NCBI GenBank assembly: GCA_001781415.1
Contig: MFLT01000001.1
Location: forward strand, 51,600 to 115,599
Direction: 5' to 3'
Source of the DNA: Candidatus Kaiserbacteria bacterium RIFCSPLOWO2_01_FULL_45_25
GTDB lineage: Bacteria > Patescibacteriota > Minisyncoccia > Phycocordibacterales > UBA918
DNA: 64,000 nucleotides
In this document: piece after piece, positions 29,843 through 39,399 of the stretch
Layout of the letters: each line of letters begins with the position of its first letter
Numbering within the stretch: the stretch's first letter is position 1
Translations under genes and position numbers: made by a program
The notes under the pieces: model-generated
Database searches by the model: none
The model's input: the letters and a program-made list of their open reading frames with translations, nothing else
Told to the model about the DNA's origin: nothing

Positions 29843-31024
29843 ATGAATTGGCGTAGATTATTCCTTCCAAGTGCCGAAAACGACTATACACCGCACCTGC
29901 TTCAGCGGGCGGCGGTGGTTATGATGGCGGTATTAGTACTGCTGTCTTTTGTTGCTACAAATCTACAGGCACTCTTGTGGCAGTCTTCTGATTGGTTGGT
30001 TGGAACTATTCTGCCAGCTGTAGTGGTGGATTTAACCAATGAAGAGCGAGCCGATGAGGCAGCTGTACCCTTGGTACGAAATTCACTGCTAGATGAGGCT
30101 GCCCGTCTTAAGGCTGAGCATATGGCCAAGAACAGCTACTTTGCACACCATAGTCCAGACGGCGTATCACCATGGTATTGGTTTGAACGGGTGGGCTACA
30201 CTTATGCTCATGCTGGTGAAAATCTAGCTATTCATTTTACTGATTCCAGTGCAGTAGTAGAGGCTTGGATGCAGTCTCCGACCCATCGAGCTAATATTGT
30301 AAATAATAACTACACTGAGATTGGTGTCGGTACAGCTAAAGGAACGTATGATGGCTTTTCAACCGTGTTTGTGGTTCAGCTCTTTGGTACACCAGCCGCG
30401 CCAGTAGTGGCCCCTGCACCCGCACCGGCCGTAACTCCAGCTCCAGTGGCGGTAGTGGCGCCAACACCAGTGCCAGCACCGCTCACTACAGAAGAAGTGG
30501 AGGAAACTCCAGCCGTAGAGCTGGTCCGAGCTCCTGAACCGGCCTTTGCTGCCGATACTCCAGTAGAAGTGCTGGGTAGTACTGAAGATGTAACTGAAGT
30601 TGAGGCTGCTCCAGCCCCAGCGGCTGAGGAGTCAGTAGTGCCAGAACAAATAGAGGTAGCTGAAGTGGTTACAGATGCTTCACAAACTTCAATCTTTTCA
30701 ACACACTTTGCGACCAGTTCTGGATTGGAACCAGTCAGTATTGGAAGTGTGAGCGGCACCACCGCAGATAATTTTTCATTTGTTGAAGTAGCAGCTACCC
30801 AACCAAGTACTATTTTGCAGGCGGTGTACTTAGGTATTGGAATGTTAGTAGCGACTCTCCTGCTCCTCTCAATAATTATTGGTATTAATCACACGAGACC
30901 ACTGCAGGTGGTTTATGGTGTGGGACTTATGTTGCTCATGAGTGGATTGTTTTATCTACATGTAACCCTCACTACTAGTGTAGTGATTGCTGCTACTCCG
31001 GACGTTGTTGAATTAGTCCCATAA
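29843..31024 (+). CDS. CAP (SCP) domain membrane protein with Pro/Ala/Glu stalk
   Basis: LTN.ER....L..AA..KA.HM...YFAH, AGENLA, AWM.SP.HRANI, IGVG; two C-terminal TM helices. Confidence 0.9.
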   Translation: MNWRRLFLPSAENDYTPHLLQRAAVVMMAVLVLLSFVATNLQALLWQSSDWLVGTILPAVVVDLTNEERADEAAVPLVRNSLLDEAARLKAEHMAKNSYFAHHSPDGVSPWYWFERVGYTYAHAGENLAIHFTDSSAVVEAWMQSPTHRANIVNNNYTEIGVGTAKGTYDGFSTVFVVQLFGTPAAPVVAPAPAPAVTPAPVAVVAPTPVPAPLTTEEVEETPAVELVRAPEPAFAADTPVEVLGSTEDVTEVEAAPAPAAEESVVPEQIEVAEVVTDASQTSIFSTHFATSSGLEPVSIGSVSGTTADNFSFVEVAATQPSTILQAVYLGIGMLVATLLLLSIIIGINHTRPLQVVYGVGLMLLMSGLFYLHVTLTTSVVIAATPDVVELVP

Positions 31025-31027
31025 GGT

Positions 31028-31471
31028 ATGGCTACTCCTGGAGAAAGTAAGGTGGTGGCTATCTCAAGTGCCGAGAAAGGTACCTCTCAAATGCACGATT
31101 TGTATGCTACTCGTCCAGCGGCTGGGTTTCCAGCGCCTGGCGATGACTTAGTGGAAAAACCATTAGATATCAACGACCTACTAATAGACAACCCAACAGC
31201 GACGTTTTTTGTAAAAGTTGAAGGGGATTCAATGGAGGGAGCCAAGATTTTCTCTGGAGATATTTTGGTAGTAGATAGATCAATTATCCCTACAACTGGT
31301 AAGATTGTGGTGGCGGCGGTGTATGGGGAAATGGTGGTTAAGCGCCTCGTTATACAATCTAATGGCACTTTTCTCATGTCTGAAAAGGATGGATATGAGC
31401 CAATTGTGGTTAGTGATAATGATGATTGTTTTGTGTGGGGTGTGATAGTTGGGAGTGTAAGGGTACTTTAA
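31028..31471 (+). CDS. umuD: UmuD-like S24 peptidase (Pol V subunit)
   Basis: AAGFP.P cleavage site, V.GDSM (Ser), GD.LVVDR, VVKRL (Lys), WGV. Confidence 0.88.
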   Translation: MATPGESKVVAISSAEKGTSQMHDLYATRPAAGFPAPGDDLVEKPLDINDLLIDNPTATFFVKVEGDSMEGAKIFSGDILVVDRSIIPTTGKIVVAAVYGEMVVKRLVIQSNGTFLMSEKDGYEPIVVSDNDDCFVWGVIVGSVRVL

Positions 31472-31532
31472 GAAGTGTAAGATGTTCCACATACTGGCGT
31501 CATAAAAAGATAAGAGGAAATTTAAATATCAT

Positions 31533-32726
31533 ATGGTTCAAAAAATAACAAAATTCAGTCAAAGACTGGCGCTAGCAGCGCTTATTGCTGTTTTGGTAGT
31601 GCCAAGTCCGGTCACTGCTGCAACTGTGGATGTAGCAGGATGGATTCCGTGGTGGCAGGCAGAGGAAGGTATAGAGAGCGCTACCAAGAATATCGATAAA
31701 TTAGATACGGTCTATCCATTTGTCTATGAGGTGGATGAGGACGGAGATATTGAGTCAAAGACCAGCCTCACTACTCGTACCTGGAGAAACTTCTTTAAAC
31801 TGGCTGATAAGGAAGATGTAGAGATTATCCCAACCATTGCTTGGTTTGATGGAGAGCAAATTCATGAAATCCTGAGTGATAGACGTGACAGAACTGCACA
31901 CATTAATGATATTTATGACCTTGTCCAAAAAGGTAAGTACGATGGAATTAATATCGACTACGAGCAGAAGTTAGCTGAAACCAATAAATACTTTTCGCTA
32001 TTCCTTAAAGAATTAAACAAGAAACTAGGTCGCAAGCTGTTGACCTGTGCTATTGAGGCTCGGACTCCAGCAGAATCACGCTTCAAACAAGTACCAGCTG
32101 TACTTGAGTTTGCCAATGATTATGAAGAAATCGAGAAGTACTGTGACCGGATAGAAATCATGACCTACGACCAACAACGGGCGGACTTGAAATTAAACGA
32201 AGAGCGAACGGGAGTGCCATACATGCCGGTCGCTGATAAAGACTGGGTAGAAAAGGTGATTGACTTAGCGCTTGAGGATTTTTCTAGCGATAAGGTATAT
32301 CTTGGGGTTCCGACCTACGGCCGAGCTTGGGATGTAAAGGTGTCACCGAACTGGTACCGTGACTATGTGCTAGCAGGTACTCTCAACGTGCCACGTCTAC
32401 GTGAATTAACTAAAGAATATAAAGTAACAGAAGGACGCTCAGCTGGTGGTGAAGCAGTGTTTAGTTACTTCCCAACCACCTCTCCTTTTGCGCTTTTGGC
32501 TTCTCTCCCAACTCCTCCGGGAACAGCCAAGGGCTATGAGAATGCTGCCAAAGCGCTTCTATTCGCCAATATGACTGGTATGGAAGTGCCGGTAAGGTTT
32601 GCTACCTACTCAGACTCTGAGGCGATTGAAGATAAGGTTAAGTTGGCGGAAAAGCACAACTTGGCCGGCATCGCCATCTTTAAGATTGATGGGGAGGAGG
32701 ATCAGGATGTCTGGAAACTGTTTTAG
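31533..32726 (+). CDS. Secreted glycoside hydrolase family 18
   Basis: Signal peptide, catalytic [22 protein letters not shown]. Confidence 0.88.
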   Translation: MVQKITKFSQRLALAALIAVLVVPSPVTAATVDVAGWIPWWQAEEGIESATKNIDKLDTVYPFVYEVDEDGDIESKTSLTTRTWRNFFKLADKEDVEIIPTIAWFDGEQIHEILSDRRDRTAHINDIYDLVQKGKYDGINIDYEQKLAETNKYFSLFLKELNKKLGRKLLTCAIEARTPAESRFKQVPAVLEFANDYEEIEKYCDRIEIMTYDQQRADLKLNEERTGVPYMPVADKDWVEKVIDLALEDFSSDKVYLGVPTYGRAWDVKVSPNWYRDYVLAGTLNVPRLRELTKEYKVTEGRSAGGEAVFSYFPTTSPFALLASLPTPPGTAKGYENAAKALLFANMTGMEVPVRFATYSDSEAIEDKVKLAEKHNLAGIAIFKIDGEEDQDVWKLF

Positions 32727-32789
32727 AAGTATAAGAAAACAGCTTTATGTATCACAAGTGATACATAAAGCTGTTTTAAGAAGCATTGT

Positions 32790-32831
32790 AAATATAAAAA
32801 CCGCACGGCCAGGCCGTGCGGTTTTTATATT
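32790..32831. terminator. Bidirectional terminator between GH18 and Nudix genes
   Basis: AATATAAAAACCGCACGGCC-A-GGCCGTGCGGTTTTTATATT. Confidence 0.75.
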
Positions 32832-33304
32832 TAATTCTTAATGTGTTTGGCGAAGTAATCAGACAAAGCTCGAAATACATCGTGTTTAAAAGTATCTGGC
32901 AGAGATAGCAGGTGATCAAAGGTAGACCACTTTACCTCTAGGAACTCTTTATCTACAGCTTTCTCTAAGTCTACTTCGACTCCCGGCTTTAGTTTGAGGA
33001 AGTACCACTGGTGGGCTTGCCCGAAGCAATTAGGGTCTTTGAGAGTGTGGCGGAGGTTTGGGGTGTATTCATATAGTAACCAGTCTGGGTACTTGGTGAC
33101 TTGTTCGATGTCATTTGGAGTCAGACCTGTCTCCTCCAGAAGTTCACGCCAGAGGTTTTCTTCACTGGTTTCGCCGGGGTCCATGCCACCCTGTTGGAAC
33201 TGCCAGAGGTCGGGGAAGTCGGCTCGGGAGAAGAGGAGAATCTCACCTTGGTCGTTGTAAATTACACTACCGGCTCCTACTCTGAAATACTGGTTTTGTG
33301 ACAT
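32831..33304 (-). CDS. Nudix hydrolase, RppH-like
   Basis: WQF.QGG.D.GE......RELLEETG Nudix box; WL.Y and GQ...W. Confidence 0.85.
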   Translation of the reverse strand: MSQNQYFRVGAGSVIYNDQGEILLFSRADFPDLWQFQQGGMDPGETSEENLWRELLEETGLTPNDIEQVTKYPDWLLYEYTPNLRHTLKDPNCFGQAHQWYFLKLKPGVEVDLEKAVDKEFLEVKWSTFDHLLSLPDTFKHDVFRALSDYFAKHIKN

Positions 33305-33331
33305 AATGGTAAGAGTGTATCACATCATTTT

Positions 33332-34588
33332 ATGAAGTATATCGCCCTCTTAGATTGTAATAATTTCTTTGTTTCGTGCGAACGGTTGTTTCGACCTGAC
33401 TTACTGGGGAAGCCGGTCGTGGTACTTTCTAGTAATGATGGCTGTGTGGTGGCACGCTCAAAAGAGATAAAAGACAGAGGGATTGGAATGGGTGTCCCTT
33501 ACTTTCAGATAAAGGACACGTTAAATGAAATAGGGGCGACAGTTTTCTCCTCACACTTCGCACTGTATCGGGACGTCTCCAGGCGTGTCTTTGAGGTGGT
33601 GCGCACCTGCCAGTCTGAGATTGAGCAGTATTCTATTGATGAATGTTTCTTCACCTTTGAATCTTACGATCCCCACACCCTAGTGGCGGCGATTAAGCAG
33701 CAGGTAGAACAGGAAGTAGGGATACCGGTTTCGATTGGAGTAGCGTCTTCAAAGACACAAGCCAAGTACGTAAATACCGTCGCCAAAAAGACAACTGGTA
33801 TTGCCATCTGGGGAGAAGAAGAGTGGGAGAGGGCCGCTGCCGATATTCGGCTTTCAGAGATTTGGGGAGTGGGCCGTGGGCGAGCTAGGCAGTTTGATGA
33901 GAAGGGAATTAGAACCGTAGCTGATTTACTCAAGTGCTCTAGATCAAGGATTGATGCCCTTTTTGGAATAGAAGGGGTGCGTTTGCAAGCAGAACTGAGA
34001 GGGGAGCCGGTCCTTGGTATTAAAGCCAGTCGGCCATTACAAAAAAGCCTGATGAGTACGCGCTCGTTTGCCAAAGAGACTAGTGATTATGATGTGCTTC
34101 TAAATGCCATCAAATACCACCTCTACCAGGTGGTTAAAGATTTAGAGAGTATGGACGCCAAAACCAACGTTATTCGCGTGATGATTACCCCAAGTCGTTA
34201 TGGTGATTATGCGTTTTATGGTGCTAGCAAGGAAGCGTTACTTACCGCCCCAACTAGAGACTTATTTACCTTACAGCAGGCCGCTGTGGGTCTATTAAAA
34301 CAATGCTTTAATCCAGAAGTACCATACAAAAAAGCCGGGGTTGTTTTATCGGGAATTTCAAGCACTGAGGCTGAAACTGGATCGTTGTTTGATAATTTTG
34401 AATCAGCAGACAATAACGGAAAAAACTCGCTGTCCGCAACGATTTTTTCTATCAATAAAAAACATGGTAAACCACTAGTGCAGCTAGGCAGTGTGAGTGG
34501 CACAAATAAAAAATGGGAGTCAAGAAAGGACGCTGTCTCACCGTCGTATACCACCAGTTGGTCTGACCTAAAGGTGGTCAGAACATAG
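33332..34588 (+). CDS. umuC: Y-family DNA polymerase V catalytic subunit UmuC
   Basis: DCNNFFVSCER.FRP.L...PVVVLS.NDGCVVARS, YSIDE, YKKAGV, C-terminal SP.YTT.W. Confidence 0.93.
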   Translation: MKYIALLDCNNFFVSCERLFRPDLLGKPVVVLSSNDGCVVARSKEIKDRGIGMGVPYFQIKDTLNEIGATVFSSHFALYRDVSRRVFEVVRTCQSEIEQYSIDECFFTFESYDPHTLVAAIKQQVEQEVGIPVSIGVASSKTQAKYVNTVAKKTTGIAIWGEEEWERAAADIRLSEIWGVGRGRARQFDEKGIRTVADLLKCSRSRIDALFGIEGVRLQAELRGEPVLGIKASRPLQKSLMSTRSFAKETSDYDVLLNAIKYHLYQVVKDLESMDAKTNVIRVMITPSRYGDYAFYGASKEALLTAPTRDLFTLQQAAVGLLKQCFNPEVPYKKAGVVLSGISSTEAETGSLFDNFESADNNGKNSLSATIFSINKKHGKPLVQLGSVSGTNKKWESRKDAVSPSYTTSWSDLKVVRT

Positions 34589-34737
34589 GCTCTTGGACAA
34601 GTGTTCTTGATGAACTATACAACCACTGTCCGCAACCTTTATTTAAAAGCTATACCGCACAACAAAATAATTAGAGTCTTGTCTGTAACTTACTGAGTTA
34701 TCAACACGAGATAACAGACACTCTGTCTCTTGTCACG

Positions 34738-34900
34738 GTATAATGTATGCAGACGATTGAAGTGGTGTCGTAAAAATTGGCTGAGCTTTTTCAAAAAATT
34801 CTCACGCACCTTCTCCACAGAAACTTCAGTCGGGTAGTTCTGCAAAGCTTCGTGCATCGCAAAACTTTAGTTATTTAATAAAATTTAATACAAACACAAC
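34738..34900 (+). promoter_or_regulatory. -10 box plus long structured 5' leader of the 34901 gene
   Basis: GGTATAAT about 155 nt upstream of the ATG; nested pairings GCAGA/TCTGC, CGATTGAAGT/ACTTCAGTCG, GGTGTCGT/ACGCACC. Confidence 0.55.
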
Positions 34901-36013
34901 ATGTTCGTAATACCAACACACGTTGGCTTTACGCACCGGGTAGTCGCGATGCTCGTTGCGTGTGCAGTTATACTCGGTTCAATCGGAGTATATACCACAG
35001 CACAAGCAGCTAACCTTACTTTTATTAGCGACACTTTGACTGACTCAAGTCCAAGTGCACAGTCAGGACATGACATCAGTTTCACAATTGCAACTGGTTC
35101 AGCTCTGGTAAACACTGAGGACATCAGTATTACGTTTCCATCTGGATTCACTACTGTAGCTTCAACTACTGTTGGTGATATCACTGTTACAGTTGACGGG
35201 GGTGCTGATACAGCTACCAACTTCTCTGCAGTGGGACAAGTCGTTTCCTTCGATGGAATTGATGCCACCCAAGGTCAAGTGGTACGTATCGTCATTGCAG
35301 CTGATGCAATCACAAACCCAGCATCACCTCAGTCATATGAAATAGTTGTTCAGTTGGCAAACGCCGACTCAGATACTGGACGACCTCGAGTGGCGATTGT
35401 ACAAAACGTAACTGTTTCAGCAGTTGTTGAAACTACTTTCGTATTTACAGTTAATTCTACTGCTAGCTCAACCGCAATCAACGGTGAGACAACAACTGGA
35501 AGTACAACTGCTACAACTATTCCTTTCGGAGTTCTACAGGCAGATACAGAGTACACACTTGGTCAACAGCTGACCGTTCAGACTAACGCAGCTAATGGAT
35601 TTGTGGTAACTGTCGAACAAGACGGAAACCTAGAATCATCAACAGGAGCTGATATCGATGGATTCCTAAATGGTGAGTATACAAATACACCAACTGCTTG
35701 GGCTGCACCTTCAGACAGTCTCCTACAGGAAAACACCTGGGGACACTGGGGACTTACTACCAACGACTCTGACCTTGGAGGTACCTTTGGTACACCAAAC
35801 ACAGGAGAGTTTGCCAATGGCGGCAGCGGGGATCGTTGGGTCGCGGCAAGTACTACACCACGTGAGATCTTTTCACACGATGGTCCATCTGATGGAACTT
35901 CTCAAAACACAGGTCTAGCTAGTGTTGCTTACAAGGTAGAAATCACTCCACTTCAGGAAGCGGGAGATGACTACACCACAACACTCATGTACATCGCTAC
36001 TCCTACTTTCTAA
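34901..36013 (+). CDS. Secreted beta-rich surface protein, WxL-like C-terminal domain
   Basis: Signal peptide ending AQA; V.VSA.V...F.F.V, L.V.TNA..G..VTV, terminal AGDDYTTTLMYIATPTF resembling the WxL G.Y..TLTW strand. Confidence 0.7.
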   Translation: MFVIPTHVGFTHRVVAMLVACAVILGSIGVYTTAQAANLTFISDTLTDSSPSAQSGHDISFTIATGSALVNTEDISITFPSGFTTVASTTVGDITVTVDGGADTATNFSAVGQVVSFDGIDATQGQVVRIVIAADAITNPASPQSYEIVVQLANADSDTGRPRVAIVQNVTVSAVVETTFVFTVNSTASSTAINGETTTGSTTATTIPFGVLQADTEYTLGQQLTVQTNAANGFVVTVEQDGNLESSTGADIDGFLNGEYTNTPTAWAAPSDSLLQENTWGHWGLTTNDSDLGGTFGTPNTGEFANGGSGDRWVAASTTPREIFSHDGPSDGTSQNTGLASVAYKVEITPLQEAGDDYTTTLMYIATPTF

Positions 36014-36031
36014 GTAAGAATACTTTGCACA

Positions 36032-36063
36032 ACAATAAAACCACCTTCGGGTGGTTTTATTGT
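36032..36063 (+). terminator. Intrinsic terminator
   Basis: ACAATAAAACCACC-TTCG-GGTGGTTTTATTGT. Confidence 0.75.
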
Positions 36064-36100
36064 GTTATCATATTTTGTATATTCATTAATTTTCCGCACC

Positions 36101-39100
36101 ATGTCTCACACGTTTCATGTAAAAGTTTTAATACAGGTCGTTTTTGTTTTACTTGCCTTTGTAAGTTTTCTTTTTATCAATACTAAGGATGTTTTTGCTT
36201 CTGCAACATCTACACCACGTCTGGAGCAACTCGTTAAAGATACTCAAAATACCCTATATACTGGGCAGAGACAACATCTCTCATGCGATGACCTGAGTGG
36301 ACACATTGAGTCAGTGACTATTTCTATGGCTAATATCTATCCGAATACAGACGGACAATATCGGATGAGTGTTCTTGGAGGTGTTGGTCCTACCCGCATA
36401 AGTGAAAACATAGTTGTTTTGGATGGAGATGACTATAGCGTTCAGCGAGACGTGACATTCACTTTCAATCCGGCCATTGATGTTGACACTGATCTGTGTG
36501 CCAATGGTGGGACAGTGAGGTTTGAACTCGTGAATTTGAGCCTATCAGGGGCAATTGTTTTTGGCTCGGCTGCAGACACATACCCAGGCGGTTTTTTCTC
36601 AAAGGGTTCAATCACACCAAAAATTGCCGATATGTATTTCATTATTAACGGAAATGCAGAGGTGAATCATCTACCTGTTCTGAATGAAGTTGGAGACAAG
36701 GCTGCTACTGAAGGATCGTTACTAACTTTCAGTTTGAGCGCGACGGATCAAGATCAGTTTGCAAAGCCAACATACAGTGTCACTGGACTTCCAGAGCACG
36801 CAGTCTTTATTGGTGATACCTTTTATTGGGTGCCTGGATTTGATCAGGCTGGCAGTTATTCAATTGAACTAAAAGCAACGGACGCTGGAAATGCTGGTAT
36901 GCCATCTGAATTTGACACAGAGACCATATCTATAATTGTTTCTGAAGCAACACCAGAACTTAATAATCTAAGCCAACTCGTTAAAGATACTCAAAGTCTC
37001 TTATACACTAACCTAAGACAATCTCTCTCGTGCGATGACTTGAGTGGACATATTGAGTCGTTGACTATTTCTATGGCTAATAACTCTACGGTAACGGATG
37101 GACGATATCAAATGCAAGTTTCTGGAGGTATTGGTCCTATTTATGTTAGTGAAAACATAGTTGTTTTGGATACAGATGAGTATAACGTTCAGCAAGATGT
37201 GACGTTTACTTTCAATCCGGCGATTGATGTTGATACAGATTTGTGTGCTGGTGCTGGGACAGTGAGGTTTGGTCTCGTGACTTTAGACACATCAGGGGCA
37301 ATTGTTTTTGGCTCGGCAGCAGACACATACCTGGGTGGCATTGTCTCGCAGAGTGTACAGACACGAAAAATTGCCGATATGTATTTCATTATTAACGGAA
37401 ATGCAGAAGTGAATCATTCTCCTGTTTTGGATGAAGTTGGAGACAAGGCTACTACTGAAGGGTCTTTGTTAACTTTAAAGTTGAGCGCGACGGATCAAGA
37501 TCAGTATGCCAAACCAACATACGGTGTTACCGGACTTCCAGAACATGCAGTCTTCATCGATGATACCTTTTATTGGGTGCCTGGATTTGATCAGGCTGGC
37601 AGTTATTCAATTGAACTAAAAGCAACGGACGCTGGAAACGCTGGCATACCGCCTGAATCTGACACGGAGACTATATCCATCACTGTCTCTGAAGCAACAC
37701 CAGAACTAAATAGTCTCAGCCAACTCGTTAAAGATACTAAAACTATCCTATACCCTGGGCAAAGACAATCTCTCTCATGCGATGACCTGAGTGGACATAT
37801 TGAGTCGTTGACTGTTTCTATGGTTAATATCTCTCCGAATACGGACGGACAATATCAGATGAATGTTCTTGGTGGTATTAGTCCTACCTATATTAGTGAA
37901 AACATAGCCGTTTTGGATGCAGATGACTATAACGTTCAGCAAGATGTGACGTTTACTTTCAATCCGGCTATTGATGTTGATACAGATCTTTGCGCCAATG
38001 GTGGGACAGTGAGGTTTTCTCTCGTGAATTTAAGCACAGCAAGTGCAAGTGTTTTTGGCTCGGCGGCAGACACATACCCGGGGGGTATTGTCTCACAGAG
38101 TGTATATCCACTACCAAAAATTGCCGATATGTATTTCATTATTAACGGAAATGCAGTTAGTAACAGTGCCCCTACCTTAACTACTATTGGAAATCAAATA
38201 GGAACAGAAGGAGAAACTCTTCAGTTTACTGTGGTTGGTAACGACATCGATGGTGATGCGCTAACTTATAGTGCTTCTGGAACTCCAACAGGAGCGACGT
38301 TCGATGCAAATACTGGTTTGTTCTCTTGGACTCCCGGATATTCAGATGCTGGAATATATGATGTAACATTTACTGTAACTGAAGATACACCCGAAATGCT
38401 TTCTGCTTCTGAGACTGTTTCTATTGAAGTCCTCAATACAAACCGTGCACCAGTCCTTGAACCAATTGGCAATCAATCAACTGCCGAAAACCAAAACCTC
38501 TCATTCACTATCTCAGCAACCGACCCCGATGGAGACAGTCTCACATACTCCGCAGCAAACCTTCCGTCAGGAGCAACCTTTGACGCACAGACACAGACAT
38601 TTAGCTGGACACCAGGATTCAACGATGCAGGGAACTATAGCGACATTGAATTCACTGTCATAGACAGTGGTAGTCCAATGGAGTTGGATATTGAGCTTAT
38701 TACTATCACAGTGGGCAATGTGAACCGCGCTCCAGTTATCGACAATCCAGGACCGCAAGAAGTCTTGGAAACAGAGACATTGTCATTTAGTGTTTCAGCA
38801 GTTGATCCAGATGGCGATGCTGTTACATATAGCGCAAGTAACACACCGGCAGGAAGTACATTTAGTCCTGCAACTGGAGTATTTTCTTGGACACCTAGTC
38901 TCTCAGATGAGGGTGTCTACATGGTGACTTTTATTGCCAGTGATGACGGGTCACCACAGGAATCAGCAGAACTTACAGTAGTTATCACTGTTGGTGATAA
39001 CCCAACACCAACTGAACAGGCAGAAGATTTAGTTGAAGATATTGTTGTCTTTGCTTTTCCGGCAAACGTAGAAAACTCTTATTTGGCAAATCTTCATAAG

Positions 39101-39265
39101 GTTGAGCAATTTATTCTTGATGGAAAAATTAATGCTGCCTTAAATCAATTAGATGCCTTTGTTAATAAGCTTAATCAAGACTACAATCAGGGTGTTATCA
39201 CTCAACAAGAGTATGATAGTCTTCTTGGTGCAGCCAATAACTTAATCGCAGATTTGCAGAATTAA
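36101..39265 (+). CDS. Secreted adhesin-like protein: three copies of an unknown ~150-aa domain interspersed with cadherin-like/putative Ig (He_PIG-type) repeats, FIMAH-like helical C-terminus
   Basis: N.AP.L..IG....EG..L.F...A.D.DGD.LTYS....P.GA.F....G.FSWTP....G.Y repeats; 747-bp DNA periodicity; A..QL.AF...L tail. Confidence 0.8.
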   Translation: MSHTFHVKVLIQVVFVLLAFVSFLFINTKDVFASATSTPRLEQLVKDTQNTLYTGQRQHLSCDDLSGHIESVTISMANIYPNTDGQYRMSVLGGVGPTRISENIVVLDGDDYSVQRDVTFTFNPAIDVDTDLCANGGTVRFELVNLSLSGAIVFGSAADTYPGGFFSKGSITPKIADMYFIINGNAEVNHLPVLNEVGDKAATEGSLLTFSLSATDQDQFAKPTYSVTGLPEHAVFIGDTFYWVPGFDQAGSYSIELKATDAGNAGMPSEFDTETISIIVSEATPELNNLSQLVKDTQSLLYTNLRQSLSCDDLSGHIESLTISMANNSTVTDGRYQMQVSGGIGPIYVSENIVVLDTDEYNVQQDVTFTFNPAIDVDTDLCAGAGTVRFGLVTLDTSGAIVFGSAADTYLGGIVSQSVQTRKIADMYFIINGNAEVNHSPVLDEVGDKATTEGSLLTLKLSATDQDQYAKPTYGVTGLPEHAVFIDDTFYWVPGFDQAGSYSIELKATDAGNAGIPPESDTETISITVSEATPELNSLSQLVKDTKTILYPGQRQSLSCDDLSGHIESLTVSMVNISPNTDGQYQMNVLGGISPTYISENIAVLDADDYNVQQDVTFTFNPAIDVDTDLCANGGTVRFSLVNLSTASASVFGSAADTYPGGIVSQSVYPLPKIADMYFIINGNAVSNSAPTLTTIGNQIGTEGETLQFTVVGNDIDGDALTYSASGTPTGATFDANTGLFSWTPGYSDAGIYDVTFTVTEDTPEMLSASETVSIEVLNTNRAPVLEPIGNQSTAENQNLSFTISATDPDGDSLTYSAANLPSGATFDAQTQTFSWTPGFNDAGNYSDIEFTVIDSGSPMELDIELITITVGNVNRAPVIDNPGPQEVLETETLSFSVSAVDPDGDAVTYSASNTPAGSTFSPATGVFSWTPSLSDEGVYMVTFIASDDGSPQESAELTVVITVGDNPTPTEQAEDLVEDIVVFAFPANVENSYLANLHKVEQFILDGKINAALNQLDAFVNKLNQDYNQGVITQQEYDSLLGAANNLIADLQN
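36226..38156 (+). repeat. Intragenic tandem repeat, 747-bp period, about 2.6 copies
   Basis: CAACTCGTTAAAGATACT recurs at about 36227, 36974 and 37721; AAAATTGCCGATATGTATTTCATTATTAACGGAAATGCAG occurs three times. Confidence 0.92.
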
Positions 39266-39295
39266 GAGAAGGAAAAACTCCCGAAATGATCTGAC

Positions 39296-39342
39296 CACAA
39301 CCAAACCCTCTCAAGACTGGGTCTTGAGAGGGTTTGGTTGTG
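39296..39342 (+). terminator. Long hairpin/terminator
   Basis: CACAACCAAACCCTCTCAAGAC-TGG-GTCTTGAGAGGGTTTGGTTGTG. Confidence 0.65.
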
Positions 39343-39399
39343 TTTATAAAATTTAAATGGACGGTTGGCGGGTGGTAATATAAGCTGTATATCTCACTT

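Noticed and set aside
36226-38156. Repeats as a CRISPR array or DGR template/variable pair
   Set aside because: They are in-frame 747-bp coding repeats, differences are not confined to adenines, and no cas or RT genes are in the window.
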